Assembly (NCBI GenBank): GCA_044224515.1
Contig: JBGAKH010000012.1
Location: forward strand, 12,363-76,362
Length of the DNA stretch: 64,000 nucleotides
Source: Chlorobiota bacterium
Lineage (GTDB): Bacteria; Bacteroidota; Ignavibacteria; Kapaibacteriales; NICIL-2
Direction: 5' to 3'
The notes under the pieces were generated by a model. The model ran no database searches. It saw nothing but the letters and a program-made list of their open reading frames with translations, and was not told the DNA's origin. Made by a program: the position numbers and the translations under genes. The number at the start of each line of letters is the position of its first letter. Positions within the stretch are counted from its first letter, which is position 1. Positions 10,440 to 20,513 of the stretch are shown one piece after another.

Positions 10440-11786
10440 ATGAAAAAGATCCTGATCGCCAATCGTGGCGAAATTGCATTGCGAATTATACGCGCTTGTC
10501 GCGAAATGGGCATAAAGACCGTCGCTGTTTATTCAGAAGCGGATCGCTCTTCATTGCACGTTCGCTTTGCCGATGAGGCGGTTTGTATTGGCCCGGCTCA
10601 AGGACGTATGTCGTACCTGAAGATTCCGCACATCATTGCAGCCGCCCAAGTAACAAACGCCGATGCTATCCATCCTGGTTATGGTTTTTTGGCGGAGAAC
10701 GACACCTTTGCGGAAATCTGCACGGATTGCGGAATTACGTTCATTGGGCCGACCCCGGATCAGATTATCAAGATGGGCAATAAATCCATCGCCAAGGATA
10801 CAATGATCGCGGCGGGTGTTCCTGTCGTTCCGGGCAGCAAAGGCATAGTGCCTTCACTCGAGGACGCCTACGAAGCTGCTGAGCAAGCGGGCTACCCTGT
10901 AATGCTCAAGGCAGTGGCCGGTGGTGGAGGTAAGGGAATGCGCTACGTGGAAACCAAGGCCGATTTGGAAAAGGCTTTCATCACAGCACGCAACGAAGCC
11001 GAGGCGGCCTTCGGCAATGCCGATGTGTACATAGAAAAGTTTGTGGAGGAACCGCGACACGTTGAAATCCAAGTCTTCGGCGACTCCTTCGGCAACGTGG
11101 TGCACTTGAATGAGCGCGAATGCTCTATTCAACGACGTCACCAAAAGCTTATCGAAGAAGCTCCCTCCCCTATTGTTAGCCCCGAACTGCGCAAAGCAAT
11201 GGGTGAAGCGGCAGTCAAGGGAGCCAAAGCCGTGAACTATGCAGGTGCAGGAACTGTCGAATTCCTCGTCGACAAGCACCGCAATTTCTACTTCATGGAG
11301 ATGAACACGCGTATTCAGGTTGAACATCCGGTAACGGAACAATCACTCGATGTCGACCTCATCAAAGAGCAGATCCGTGTCGCAGCAGGCGAAAAGCTTA
11401 GCCTGAAAGAGCAAGCGCCAAAGTATCACTCCATCGAATGTCGCATTAACGCAGAAGATCCGTTCCATGACTGGCGTCCGTCTCCGGGTATGATCACGTC
11501 CTTGCACTTCCCGGGTGGACACGGCGTTCGTATAGATTCCCACGTCTATCAGGGTTATACTATTCCGCCCTATTACGACTCTATGATTGCCAAACTCATC
11601 ACTTTCGCAGACACTCGCAATGAAGCCATTGCCAAAATGCGTCGTGCCTTGGATGAGTTGACCATCGAGGGAATTCATACAACCATTCCTTTCCATCGCG
11701 CTATGATGGACAACCCTGACTTCATCGCAGGAAACTTCGATACGAAGTACTTGGATACAAAGGGCTGGCGTCGCGATGAAGCCTAA
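10440..11786 (+). CDS. accC: Acetyl-CoA carboxylase biotin carboxylase subunit
   Basis: [59 protein letters not shown]. Confidence 0.97.
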   Translation: MKKILIANRGEIALRIIRACREMGIKTVAVYSEADRSSLHVRFADEAVCIGPAQGRMSYLKIPHIIAAAQVTNADAIHPGYGFLAENDTFAEICTDCGITFIGPTPDQIIKMGNKSIAKDTMIAAGVPVVPGSKGIVPSLEDAYEAAEQAGYPVMLKAVAGGGGKGMRYVETKADLEKAFITARNEAEAAFGNADVYIEKFVEEPRHVEIQVFGDSFGNVVHLNERECSIQRRHQKLIEEAPSPIVSPELRKAMGEAAVKGAKAVNYAGAGTVEFLVDKHRNFYFMEMNTRIQVEHPVTEQSLDVDLIKEQIRVAAGEKLSLKEQAPKYHSIECRINAEDPFHDWRPSPGMITSLHFPGGHGVRIDSHVYQGYTIPPYYDSMIAKLITFADTRNEAIAKMRRALDELTIEGIHTTIPFHRAMMDNPDFIAGNFDTKYLDTKGWRRDEA

Positions 11787-11876
11787 GTGGGCGTGTCCGT
11801 TGTCAACACGCGTGAAATAGATTCTGGTCGTGAGCTAAGAGCCAACGCATGTAGTACAAACGCACATTGATAAAGC

Positions 11877-11908
11877 AAAGGCACTCCGCATAGCGCGAGT
11901 GCCTTTTT
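11877..11908 (+). terminator. Intrinsic terminator after accC
   Basis: AAAGGCACTC...GAGTGCCTTT stem followed by a T-run. Confidence 0.8.
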
Positions 11909-11960
11909 CGTTTGGACACTGAGAGGCTCAGCGTAACCTAAGCACTCCGTTCGCGTAGCT

Positions 11961-12004
11961 GAAGGTTAGACTAAGGTTAGACGAAGGTTAGACGAAGGTT
12001 AGAA
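11961..12004 (+). repeat. Four tandem 11-bp direct repeats (GAAGGTTAGAC)
   Basis: gaaggttagac / taaggttagac / gaaggttagac / gaaggttagaa. Confidence 0.9.
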
Positions 12005-12085
12005 GATGGTGAGTAGGCGGCGAGCAGATGGCCAATTGATTACACGCTAGTGGCGGGTTCATTCCATATCACTTCTTTTCTGAAT

Positions 12086-12565
12086 ATGAGCACGGTAGTC
12101 GACAACGAAGCTAAAACGCTACATCTTATCGCCGGATTGAAAGTCCTGAAGGGATGCGTCTTGCTGGCTATCGCAGCCTCCTTACTGATTCTTGAGAGTC
12201 GTCCGGAATGGCTGAGTGCACTCATCGAATGGGCTGAGGATGAATTGTTGTTGATGCATTCTCCAATCCTGATGTGGTTGTTGAATCGATTGGATGTCAT
12301 GTTACAAGCACCGAACTTGAAACAGACCGGAATTCTCGCCTTGATCTACGCCATCGTACTCCTTGTTGAGGGCGTCGGCGTCTGGAAACAACAACGTTGG
12401 GCGGAGTGGCTCATGATCTGTGCAACTTCGTCTCTTATACCCCTTGAGCTAATGCACATGATCCACAAACCCAGTATGTTTAAGTGCATCGTGATTGTGG
12501 TTAATGCTGCCATCGTGTGGTACCTGTGGCGCACCCTGAAGCGACACCGCCCGACCTCACACTAA
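12086..12565 (+). CDS. DUF2127 family membrane protein
   Basis: LHLIAGLKVLKG, YAIVLLVEGVGVWKQQRWAEWL, SLIPLEL, VVNAAIVWYL motifs; start taken at MSTVV (12086). Confidence 0.8.
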   Translation: MSTVVDNEAKTLHLIAGLKVLKGCVLLAIAASLLILESRPEWLSALIEWAEDELLLMHSPILMWLLNRLDVMLQAPNLKQTGILALIYAIVLLVEGVGVWKQQRWAEWLMICATSSLIPLELMHMIHKPSMFKCIVIVVNAAIVWYLWRTLKRHRPTSH

Positions 12566-12696
12566 GTTCGCCGCCTGACAGCATCTCTCGCTCTCGGTGT
12601 CTCCGGCTGCGCAGGATACAATACCATCCAACGCATTGATTCATCGCGGCCTGCTTCGTAGCTTGTGCTTGGTCTCCACACTTTCAGAATGCGGCA

Positions 12697-15489
12697 ATGC
12701 ACAGCACCACACCATTTTGCAGCTCCGTCAAACACAGGACCTTGATTGGCAATGCACTCAGCATAGATAGGACATCCCCATCAACGGAACAGAGTCTCAT
12801 CGTGTTCTGTGTTGTCTTTGTTTGTGCCCTTCTCCCGCTGCAGGCGCATTTCATTCCGAAACGTGGCGGAAGCTCGGGTGCTTTCATCAAACAAGTACAA
12901 CACTTCGAAACCTTCCGCCGGAGTCATAGCTTAGATACCATTCGTGGTTGGAAGTACTACAAGCGCTGGGAGCATGAACAACTCCTCCACAGTGGCAGCT
13001 TTGGTATGCTTCCCGAACCTGAGGATTACCATCAAGCTTTGCTCGAGGCCGCTGATCGAAAAGAACGATCTCGATCGCTGTTTGATAATGATTCTTGGAC
13101 CTGCATCGGACCCTTTAATCGTCCGACTCCCGATGATTCCACCATGCAAAACGGAATGGGACGTGTCAACTGCATCGCTTTCCATCCAACGGATTCATCT
13201 GTGTACTATGTTGGTGTGGCACAGGGAGGCGTATGGAAGACGACCGACGACGGAAAAAGCTGGCGGGCGCTGACCGATAACCTGCCGATCATTCGTATCT
13301 CTGATATTGCGGTAGACCCAATAAATCCATCGACGATCTACATAGCACTCGGCGATTACGAATACATACAGTTTGGGATGCTTCAGTATGGACGCAAACG
13401 AAACACCTACTTCGGCATTGGCATCTACAAAAGTATCGATGGTGGAGAGCATTGGAAGGCCACAGGTCTCGGACGTAGCCTGTACCAGGGCGAAGCGTCA
13501 CTGATGTGTCGCATTCTGATCCACCCCACTCAGACCAACCGATTACTCGCTGCGGGAACTACCGGTTTCTTCACGAGCAACGATGGCGGTGACCATTGGG
13601 TTCAACGCGACAGCTCGCTGGCATGGGACCTTGTGGCTGATCCTTCCAATTCTGAAACAGTCTATGCTACCGCAGGCCACCTGCTGCTCTCAGGTCTCGG
13701 ACGTGCCGGCATACTCAAGTCAAGCAATTTTGGTCAAAGCTGGCGACGTCTCAACAGTGGAATTCCGGAGCGCGACAGTGTTGAACGAATCAAGATCGCC
13801 ATCTCGCCTTCGAATCCAACCGTGCTCTATGCTATCGCCACGAATGCCGGTTACGGTATGTACGCATTCTACCGTTCAACAGATGCAGGTGAACATTGGA
13901 CCATGCGCTGTCGCACTCCAAACGTACTTGATGCCTACATGGGAGCAAATGAATACTCAGGTCAAGGCAGTTACGACCTCTGTATGATGGTCAACGCACA
14001 AAACCCGGATGAAGTCTACGTTGGCGGGATCAATGTTTGGGGAAGCTCGGATGGTGGACTTAGTTTTCGTCCCATCGCGTTTTGGACCGGTGATTACGGA
14101 CGCAGCATTCATGCGGATCATCACTACATGAGCTATCGCAGCTTAACAAGCGACTACTACATCTGCAACGATGGTGGTGTCGTGCGTTCGAAAAAACTCA
14201 TTAGCTCATCGTGGGATTCATTACAGGCAGGAAAAGCTTTCAAAACGTTGTGGACCGACGTCACAAAGAACATGAGCATCACCTCATTTTACCGAGTCAT
14301 AAGCTCGCACATCAAGGACAATCGCTTGGCAGCCGGTGCGCAGGACAACGCTACAACCTACATTCATGCCGGCATGACCCAAGGAGTAATTGGCGGCGAC
14401 GGCATGGACAGCTGGATTTGTCCCACCGATACACAAAGCTTCATCGGAAGTTGGCAGTACGGTGCATTCGCACGCACCTTGGACGGACGCACCTATGAAG
14501 GATTTCGTCTCAACTCCGAGTACGGTGATTGGACCGCGCCTATAGTCGGAGATTATAGTGGCAACGGACACGTCTACGCGGCCGCCGTCAACGTGTTTCG
14601 CAGCACTGATAAAGGCCTAAACTGGAAACAACTCTCATCTTTTGCGGTCGATACGAATTCACACACCGGACAAGAAGCTTGCGCTCTGGCAGTATGTCAC
14701 TCAGACACCCGAGTCATGATGGTTGCCCGACGACTGCACATTGAGCGCAAACAAGCCGGCTCGGTGTACCGCAGCTCGGATGGAGGTGCGAGTTGGACTA
14801 ATGTCAGCAAAGGTCTACCGGACTCGCTCTTTCTGACGTCACTTGAGGTAGCCGATGACAACCCGCTGATTGCTTGGGCAAGCTTTGCAGGTCTCGTCCA
14901 GGGTCTCAAAGTTTATCGTACGGAGGACGGTGGCGAGAGCTGGCAAAACATTTCCTATGATCTCCCAAATCTTCCGGTGAACTGCGTGCGCGTTATCCCG
15001 CAGTCACAGCACCACCTTCTCATGGTTGGAACCGATGTCGGCATTTTTGTCACCAATGATTCCTCCACTCGCTGGGCGAGTTACTCTACTTCGTTACCAA
15101 ATGTCATCGTGAGTGATATCGACGTGAATCCGGCTACCGGACTGCTAACAGCTGCAACATTCGGACGTGGTATGTGGCAGACAGAGATGATATACGACAT
15201 GCCACCCCTAGCCGGAATTGAAGAACAGGAACTCGCGAACGGTCTGCAACTCTACCCTGTTCCGCTGACAGCCGGCTCCATGCTCCATTTCAAGTGGGAT
15301 CCAGACTGCTCTGAAACCGTCTACGTCGAACTCAGCGACTCCCGTGGTAAACTCCTCCATCGTATGCAGTCTCAACTCAATTCAGGCGGTGTAGATGCAG
15401 TGCTTGACATACCGCTTCGTCCCGGAAGTTACTTTCTTCGCTGTCGCTGTAGCCATTCCCAAGCGCTACAGAAGTTCGTTGTGCACTAG
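12697..15489 (+). CDS. Secreted Asp-box/BNR beta-propeller protein (VPS10/sortilin-like, putative glycosyl hydrolase) with T9SS-type CTD
   Basis: About nine S/T-x-D-x-G-x-S/T-W Asp-box repeats (e.g. KTTDDGKSW, RSTDAGEHW, RTEDGGESW); GRVNCIAFHP, ATFGRGMW; C-terminal LQLYPVP...GSYFLR...QKFVVH. Start uncertain. Confidence 0.8.
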   Translation: MHSTTPFCSSVKHRTLIGNALSIDRTSPSTEQSLIVFCVVFVCALLPLQAHFIPKRGGSSGAFIKQVQHFETFRRSHSLDTIRGWKYYKRWEHEQLLHSGSFGMLPEPEDYHQALLEAADRKERSRSLFDNDSWTCIGPFNRPTPDDSTMQNGMGRVNCIAFHPTDSSVYYVGVAQGGVWKTTDDGKSWRALTDNLPIIRISDIAVDPINPSTIYIALGDYEYIQFGMLQYGRKRNTYFGIGIYKSIDGGEHWKATGLGRSLYQGEASLMCRILIHPTQTNRLLAAGTTGFFTSNDGGDHWVQRDSSLAWDLVADPSNSETVYATAGHLLLSGLGRAGILKSSNFGQSWRRLNSGIPERDSVERIKIAISPSNPTVLYAIATNAGYGMYAFYRSTDAGEHWTMRCRTPNVLDAYMGANEYSGQGSYDLCMMVNAQNPDEVYVGGINVWGSSDGGLSFRPIAFWTGDYGRSIHADHHYMSYRSLTSDYYICNDGGVVRSKKLISSSWDSLQAGKAFKTLWTDVTKNMSITSFYRVISSHIKDNRLAAGAQDNATTYIHAGMTQGVIGGDGMDSWICPTDTQSFIGSWQYGAFARTLDGRTYEGFRLNSEYGDWTAPIVGDYSGNGHVYAAAVNVFRSTDKGLNWKQLSSFAVDTNSHTGQEACALAVCHSDTRVMMVARRLHIERKQAGSVYRSSDGGASWTNVSKGLPDSLFLTSLEVADDNPLIAWASFAGLVQGLKVYRTEDGGESWQNISYDLPNLPVNCVRVIPQSQHHLLMVGTDVGIFVTNDSSTRWASYSTSLPNVIVSDIDVNPATGLLTAATFGRGMWQTEMIYDMPPLAGIEEQELANGLQLYPVPLTAGSMLHFKWDPDCSETVYVELSDSRGKLLHRMQSQLNSGGVDAVLDIPLRPGSYFLRCRCSHSQALQKFVVH

Positions 15490-15992
15490 AATCTAGAAAG
15501 ACTTCAAGCCTGGAAATCCTTAGACGTGGACGTACCTTGAGACTTCGTCAAGGAGACTCTGCTTCAAGCGGGCGCTTTGCGCCCGCATAATAAAAGTCAC
15601 TTTTTGCGATCCAATCTCCGGTGTAGAGAGTGAATCTCCGTTACTCTCGGAGTAGTACAGCGCACCACTCGAGGGCTACTGGTAAGCACTTCTTGAGGCG
15701 CAACTCCTGCAGGCAGATAGGACGATGTGCCGCACACTCCAATCGATTCATGTTTAGACATCAATATCCTCAAAAAGGCGCATTCTCAGTCGTCTCAGAC
15801 GTTGTACTTTAGTAGGGTTCAGAGTCTCACAGAAGAGACAAACTGTGCGATTGGCGCTACGGGGACGGGAAAGTTTTGGGGCTTAACGAGACAAATAGCT
15901 AAGTGTTCGGGACAGCTTGCGATAACCGCTCTCGTGGTGGTGTTCGTCCATGCACGGATTACTATTCTTAGTCATTCTCTTTAGGGGGTTTT

Positions 15993-16928
15993 ATGCCGGG
16001 TCTTGGGTTAATCTTTCTCATCCTCATTGCTCTCACCATTTTTTTGGGCATTACAACCGTATCGCAGGGCTACGTAGCTGTGGTCACAATGTTCGGCAAG
16101 TATAGACGCGTCATGCTTCCGGGGCTCAACTTCAAGATCCCATTTCTTGAAACGATTATGCGTCGGATTTCAATTCAGAATAGATCCGCAGATCTTGAGT
16201 TTCAAGCGATCACGGGAGATCAAGCAAACGTGTACTTTAAGGCTATGATCCTCTACGCCGTACTCAACGCCGAAGAGCAGGTCATCAAAAACGTTGCCTT
16301 TAAGTTTATTGACGATCGCAACTTTATGCAGGCTCTGATTCGAACAGTGGAGGGAACGGTTCGTTCATTCGTAGCAACCAAGAAGCAAGTGGAGATTCTC
16401 TCTTTGCGCAATGAAATCGTCGCGGAAGTAAAGCACCACTTGGATGCATCCTTGGAAGAATGGGGTTATCATCTCATTGACCTGCAGATAAACGACATCA
16501 CTTTCGACAAAGCCATTATTGAATCGATGGCTAAAGTTGTTGCTTCGCAAAACTTGAAAGCAGCCGCTGAGAATGAAGGTCAAGCCTTGTTAATTACACG
16601 CACTAAGCAAGCTGAAGCCGAAGGTAACGCTATCAAGATCAGTGCAGAAGCGGAACGTATGGCTATGCAGATGCGCGGTGAGGGTGTAACCCTATTCCGC
16701 GAATCCGCTGCACGCGGTATTCGTGACTCCGCTCGTGAATTGCAAGAGTCGGGTCTGGATGCATCGATGATTTTGTTCCAGATGTGGACGGAGACCATGA
16801 AGCATGTTGCTGAGTTCGGAAAAGGCAATGTGATCTTCTTTGACGGGACTGTTGAAGGCATGGACAAAACCATGAAACAAATGATGTCATTGGATATCCA
16901 ACGACGTAGTCCCGAAAAACGAGCTTAA
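15993..16928 (+). CDS. SPFH/band-7 (stomatin/prohibitin, QmcA-like) membrane protein
   Basis: N-terminal TM, FGKYRRVMLPGLNFKIPF, ITGDQANV, coiled-coil AAENEGQA...AEAEG. Confidence 0.9.
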   Translation: MPGLGLIFLILIALTIFLGITTVSQGYVAVVTMFGKYRRVMLPGLNFKIPFLETIMRRISIQNRSADLEFQAITGDQANVYFKAMILYAVLNAEEQVIKNVAFKFIDDRNFMQALIRTVEGTVRSFVATKKQVEILSLRNEIVAEVKHHLDASLEEWGYHLIDLQINDITFDKAIIESMAKVVASQNLKAAAENEGQALLITRTKQAEAEGNAIKISAEAERMAMQMRGEGVTLFRESAARGIRDSARELQESGLDASMILFQMWTETMKHVAEFGKGNVIFFDGTVEGMDKTMKQMMSLDIQRRSPEKRA

Positions 16929-16970
16929 TGACAGAAACTTTTAAGAGTAAGGTTTGAAATTGAAAAGTAG

Positions 16971-17005
16971 GTGTGCGACGTCACTGTGAGGTCGCACACT
17001 TTTTT
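16971..17005 (+). terminator. Intrinsic terminator after the SPFH gene
   Basis: GTGTGCGAC-N11-GTCGCACAC followed by TTTTTT; argues against the GTG start at 16973. Confidence 0.75.
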
Positions 17006-17029
17006 GTACCACGCATACTTCTATCGTTC

Positions 17030-19144
17030 ATGACCATGAAGAGAAGCTGTACCATCCTTCGTTGTGTAGTCCTGTTGTTTTGCGCACTGTCGCTCAGTGA
17101 GGCATTGACGGCTCAGGATCAAACCTGGTTCAAAGATGTGACCACCGCGTTGCGCATGGATTCGGTTCGAAGCGGACAAATCTCGACCGCCGATTTCAAC
17201 GGTGATGGATTTCCGGATTTGTTCTTTACCAACCTGTCCTACAACCGCTCGATGAAGTCGCGCCTCTGGTTGAATCTTCACAACCCGGACTCAGCAAATC
17301 CTGCTGCGCGCATCTATGTTGATGTGACAGATTCTTGTGGCATGTACGAAAATCGTGACTCAAACATCAAAGGTCGAATCGCCGACACATGGGGTATCGC
17401 AGATTTCAATAATGACGGCTACCCGGATCTTATCAGCGGCATCTTTTACTTCAACGTGAGCACCTTCACGGATCTTGGCGATAGAGTGGAAGTCTTGTTG
17501 AACGATGGCACCGGTCATTTCCATCTTGTAAAAGAAAACGGTATCGAAGAAATAGGAGACCTCTACTCCGAGCCTATCGGAAAGTTTCCGGCAACGAGCT
17601 TCTGTTTTCTTGATTACAATTTGGATGGCATCATCGACATCTACGTCGGCACCTTCAGTGCCGATCACCAACACGATGTGTGGCTTCCGGGGTACCTGCT
17701 CAAAGGAGAGGGCGACGGAACCTTCACCAATGTTACGGACATCAGCAACATTGCCACTGTTCAAGAACCAACCTACGGTGCCACAGTCTGTGATTGGAAT
17801 AACGACGGATATCCGGACATCATGACTTCTCCCTATTGTCGCACCGAGGGAACTCTGTGGAAGAACAAAGGCGATGGCACCTTTGAAAATGTAACGACCG
17901 ACATCGGCTACACCTCAAAGAACAACATGCACGGCAATGTCGACCTTGCACCCAAGGGTAGCGCCACCAGTTGGTTCCCACGTGAACTGTGTCAGTGGGA
18001 AGCGCTGCCGTGCGACTACGACAACGACGGCGATTTGGACATTGCTCAAATGCTTGTTCATGGTGGATTAGATCCGCAGGAGGGACACTCGCCGCTAACG
18101 ATCAATGCGGGGGCAGCCGGAGGATACAAGCTTAGCTGGGACCTAAAGGCTTTTGATCGTCCGCTGATTAACGGGACAATTGCACGTCGTGATACCGTAA
18201 AGAACGACACGACCTGGTCGAATGACTACGGCTCATTTTCTTTGGACAAAGGCTCCATTGTATGGGTCAGCAATTACGGTCATTTGGGCGACCAAGCCGG
18301 TGCCTGGTTCGATATGGACAACGACGGCTTACAAGACTTCCTGTTGAGCGCAACTGGCTATGACCAAACCAATGATCGCTGTTACATTCAACATCAGAAT
18401 CCTGATCACAGTTTTACTGAGGTTGCTCTTAAGCTAGGCTTGCGTACGACATTACATGAAACCCATTCAATGCGTCCTCTTGACTTCGATCTGGATGGTG
18501 ATGATGATTTTGTGATTGAGTACGCTCCTCGCACAGCGAATGCAAAGTCCGGACGCGTCTGGATGCTTCGCAATGACGTCGGAAACACAAACAATCACAG
18601 CTCAGTTGTCTTGCGTACACCGGCCGGGTGTAATAAGTCGGCAATAGGTGCTCGCATCTACGTCTACAGCGGCGGAACAGTACAGATGCGCGAACTTGCT
18701 TCAGGCATTGGACGCTGGGGTATGTCGCAACAACTCATGCAAAATTTTGGTCTGGCAAAGAACGAGAGTATCGACTCCATTGTCGTGCGTTGGCCAATGA
18801 AGGGTCTCCCCACAACGACAGTTGTTAGTCCTCCCATCAATAAAACTCTGTACATCTCCAAAGAAGGTTTGGTTAACGGTGTTGCGGACAACGATGCTCC
18901 GGCGAAACTCGATATTGAACCCAATCCCGCGCATGACAGACTTCGCATTCACATTCCGGCGGAACTTCGTGGCGGCGCGATCCTTGAGGTCTATTCCATG
19001 CAATCGCAACGTCTGCTTCAACTTCAACTCGGCGATGAAGCAATTACATCTCTTCCGGTCAACACTTTCAACAATGGCGCATATTTTCTTCGCGTGCAGC
19101 GCGGTGAACGCTTCTATTCTAGCAGTTTCGTGATAGCTCGCTAA
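17030..19144 (+). CDS. FG-GAP repeat / ASPIC-UnbV (CRTAC1-like) protein with T9SS-type CTD
   Basis: Signal peptide; seven DxxxDGxxD repeats (DFNGDGFPDL...DFDLDGDDDF); SAIGARIYV...FGL...IVVRWP UnbV segment; IEPNPA...GAYFLRV CTD. Confidence 0.88.
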   Translation: MTMKRSCTILRCVVLLFCALSLSEALTAQDQTWFKDVTTALRMDSVRSGQISTADFNGDGFPDLFFTNLSYNRSMKSRLWLNLHNPDSANPAARIYVDVTDSCGMYENRDSNIKGRIADTWGIADFNNDGYPDLISGIFYFNVSTFTDLGDRVEVLLNDGTGHFHLVKENGIEEIGDLYSEPIGKFPATSFCFLDYNLDGIIDIYVGTFSADHQHDVWLPGYLLKGEGDGTFTNVTDISNIATVQEPTYGATVCDWNNDGYPDIMTSPYCRTEGTLWKNKGDGTFENVTTDIGYTSKNNMHGNVDLAPKGSATSWFPRELCQWEALPCDYDNDGDLDIAQMLVHGGLDPQEGHSPLTINAGAAGGYKLSWDLKAFDRPLINGTIARRDTVKNDTTWSNDYGSFSLDKGSIVWVSNYGHLGDQAGAWFDMDNDGLQDFLLSATGYDQTNDRCYIQHQNPDHSFTEVALKLGLRTTLHETHSMRPLDFDLDGDDDFVIEYAPRTANAKSGRVWMLRNDVGNTNNHSSVVLRTPAGCNKSAIGARIYVYSGGTVQMRELASGIGRWGMSQQLMQNFGLAKNESIDSIVVRWPMKGLPTTTVVSPPINKTLYISKEGLVNGVADNDAPAKLDIEPNPAHDRLRIHIPAELRGGAILEVYSMQSQRLLQLQLGDEAITSLPVNTFNNGAYFLRVQRGERFYSSSFVIAR

Positions 19145-19286
19145 AGTAAAGAGTGAAGGGATCAGTACAGTCCTTGTGACGTTGAAGCTGAGAGGACGCA
19201 GATCGGGAAAGCCACTCTGCAGCACATAATGCTTGGAATCTCAGTGTCCTACTGATTGTAGGTTTTTATCTAGGGAGCTTAGTATC

Positions 19287-20420
19287 ATGGCGACTCACCA
19301 TCTACCCAAAACCCACTATACTACGTGCTTGTTAGCTCTTTTTGTTGTTGTATCCACACTGATTGTTGCAGGAGACACGCAGGCCCCACAACCAACGTAC
19401 CATCAACAAAACGGTTTGGAGTTCGCAACGGGAGTAGTGTATGATATGCCTGAAGATATCACCGAACGCTCAAACCTTGCACTGGTCATGGCAGACTCTC
19501 TCAGAAACTGTGTGTTTTGGCATGACTCGGTGCAATCCGGACAAACGCACGGTGCTCGGTGGAACTTGAAGTTTTTGTGTAGCGGAGAAGCGGCGTATGC
19601 TCGGCTTCGCTTCGTTGACCAGGCTGGCAACGACACTGTTCTCGTAATTCATCAAGACTACATCTCGCCATATGTTCATACCCAAGGACCATTTGTCCGC
19701 TGTGCCGGTGCGCCGTTTTTCCTCTTCACAAATTCAGACTACTCTCAGGTAGAGTGGTCAACGGGAGCACATGGAGCAATGGATACCGTAGTGGCAGGAC
19801 AAAACGGTATGTCAATATGGGCAATCCTCACCACACCCCTGGGCAACATTCGTTACACCGACACATTGTTCCTTAGAAACAGGGCGGCGTTGCGTTTCTC
19901 CATTCGCGTCAAAGACACGGTAGCCACTGTAGCCTTCGACTCTGCCATTCTGAATCGTAGATGGTTTCTTGATGGAAGCCTTATTTACAGTGGTCCGGAT
20001 ACGAGTGTGAGCTTGAATCTTCATTTCAGCGCCCAAAAAACATCCTATACGCTGGAGGTCATGGCTACCGATACGAATCTCTGCAGCGGACGATCAACCA
20101 TAGTCATTAGTGAAGCGTCTTCTGTGGAGCAAGAGTTTGACCATACTATTGGAAATAGTATCACGCAATTCGGAACAGGTATACGATTGTGGCCGCAACC
20201 CTCTTCGCAAAATGTGCAGCTCGAGAACAAAGGCTCGGCAATAACAGCCTATCGTATTTATGACACTTTCGGGCGGGTACTCATTGACAAAAGCTGTGAG
20301 ATCGAATGCAACTCGACGTGTAGTATCGACCTTCGCGCTTTGTCTGAAGGGAGCTATCTATTAGAGCTTCATCGCATGGACGAACGATCAGTGCAGTCGC
20401 TCGTAGTCATTCGCGAGTAG
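19287..20420 (+). CDS. Secreted protein of unknown function with Ig/PKD-like modules and T9SS-type CTD
   Basis: SD GGGAG before ATG 19287; hydrophobic signal; YTLEVMATDTNLC PKD-like strand; LWPQPSS...GSYLLEL...VVIRE CTD. Confidence 0.65.
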   Translation: MATHHLPKTHYTTCLLALFVVVSTLIVAGDTQAPQPTYHQQNGLEFATGVVYDMPEDITERSNLALVMADSLRNCVFWHDSVQSGQTHGARWNLKFLCSGEAAYARLRFVDQAGNDTVLVIHQDYISPYVHTQGPFVRCAGAPFFLFTNSDYSQVEWSTGAHGAMDTVVAGQNGMSIWAILTTPLGNIRYTDTLFLRNRAALRFSIRVKDTVATVAFDSAILNRRWFLDGSLIYSGPDTSVSLNLHFSAQKTSYTLEVMATDTNLCSGRSTIVISEASSVEQEFDHTIGNSITQFGTGIRLWPQPSSQNVQLENKGSAITAYRIYDTFGRVLIDKSCEIECNSTCSIDLRALSEGSYLLELHRMDERSVQSLVVIRE

Positions 20421-20513
20421 TGACGACTACGTACATGGCAACTACGTATAGGCTCGCTCGTGCTCCTCAAGAGCTTGTCTCCACAGTAGTGTTCGGACTT
20501 GGAGCTGCTCTGA

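Noticed and set aside
11925-11950. TPP-riboswitch-like CTGAGA...AACCT
   Set aside because: Lacks the GGGTG 5' strand and the TGATCNGG/TAAT...GCGNAGGGA core; it is just a short hairpin.
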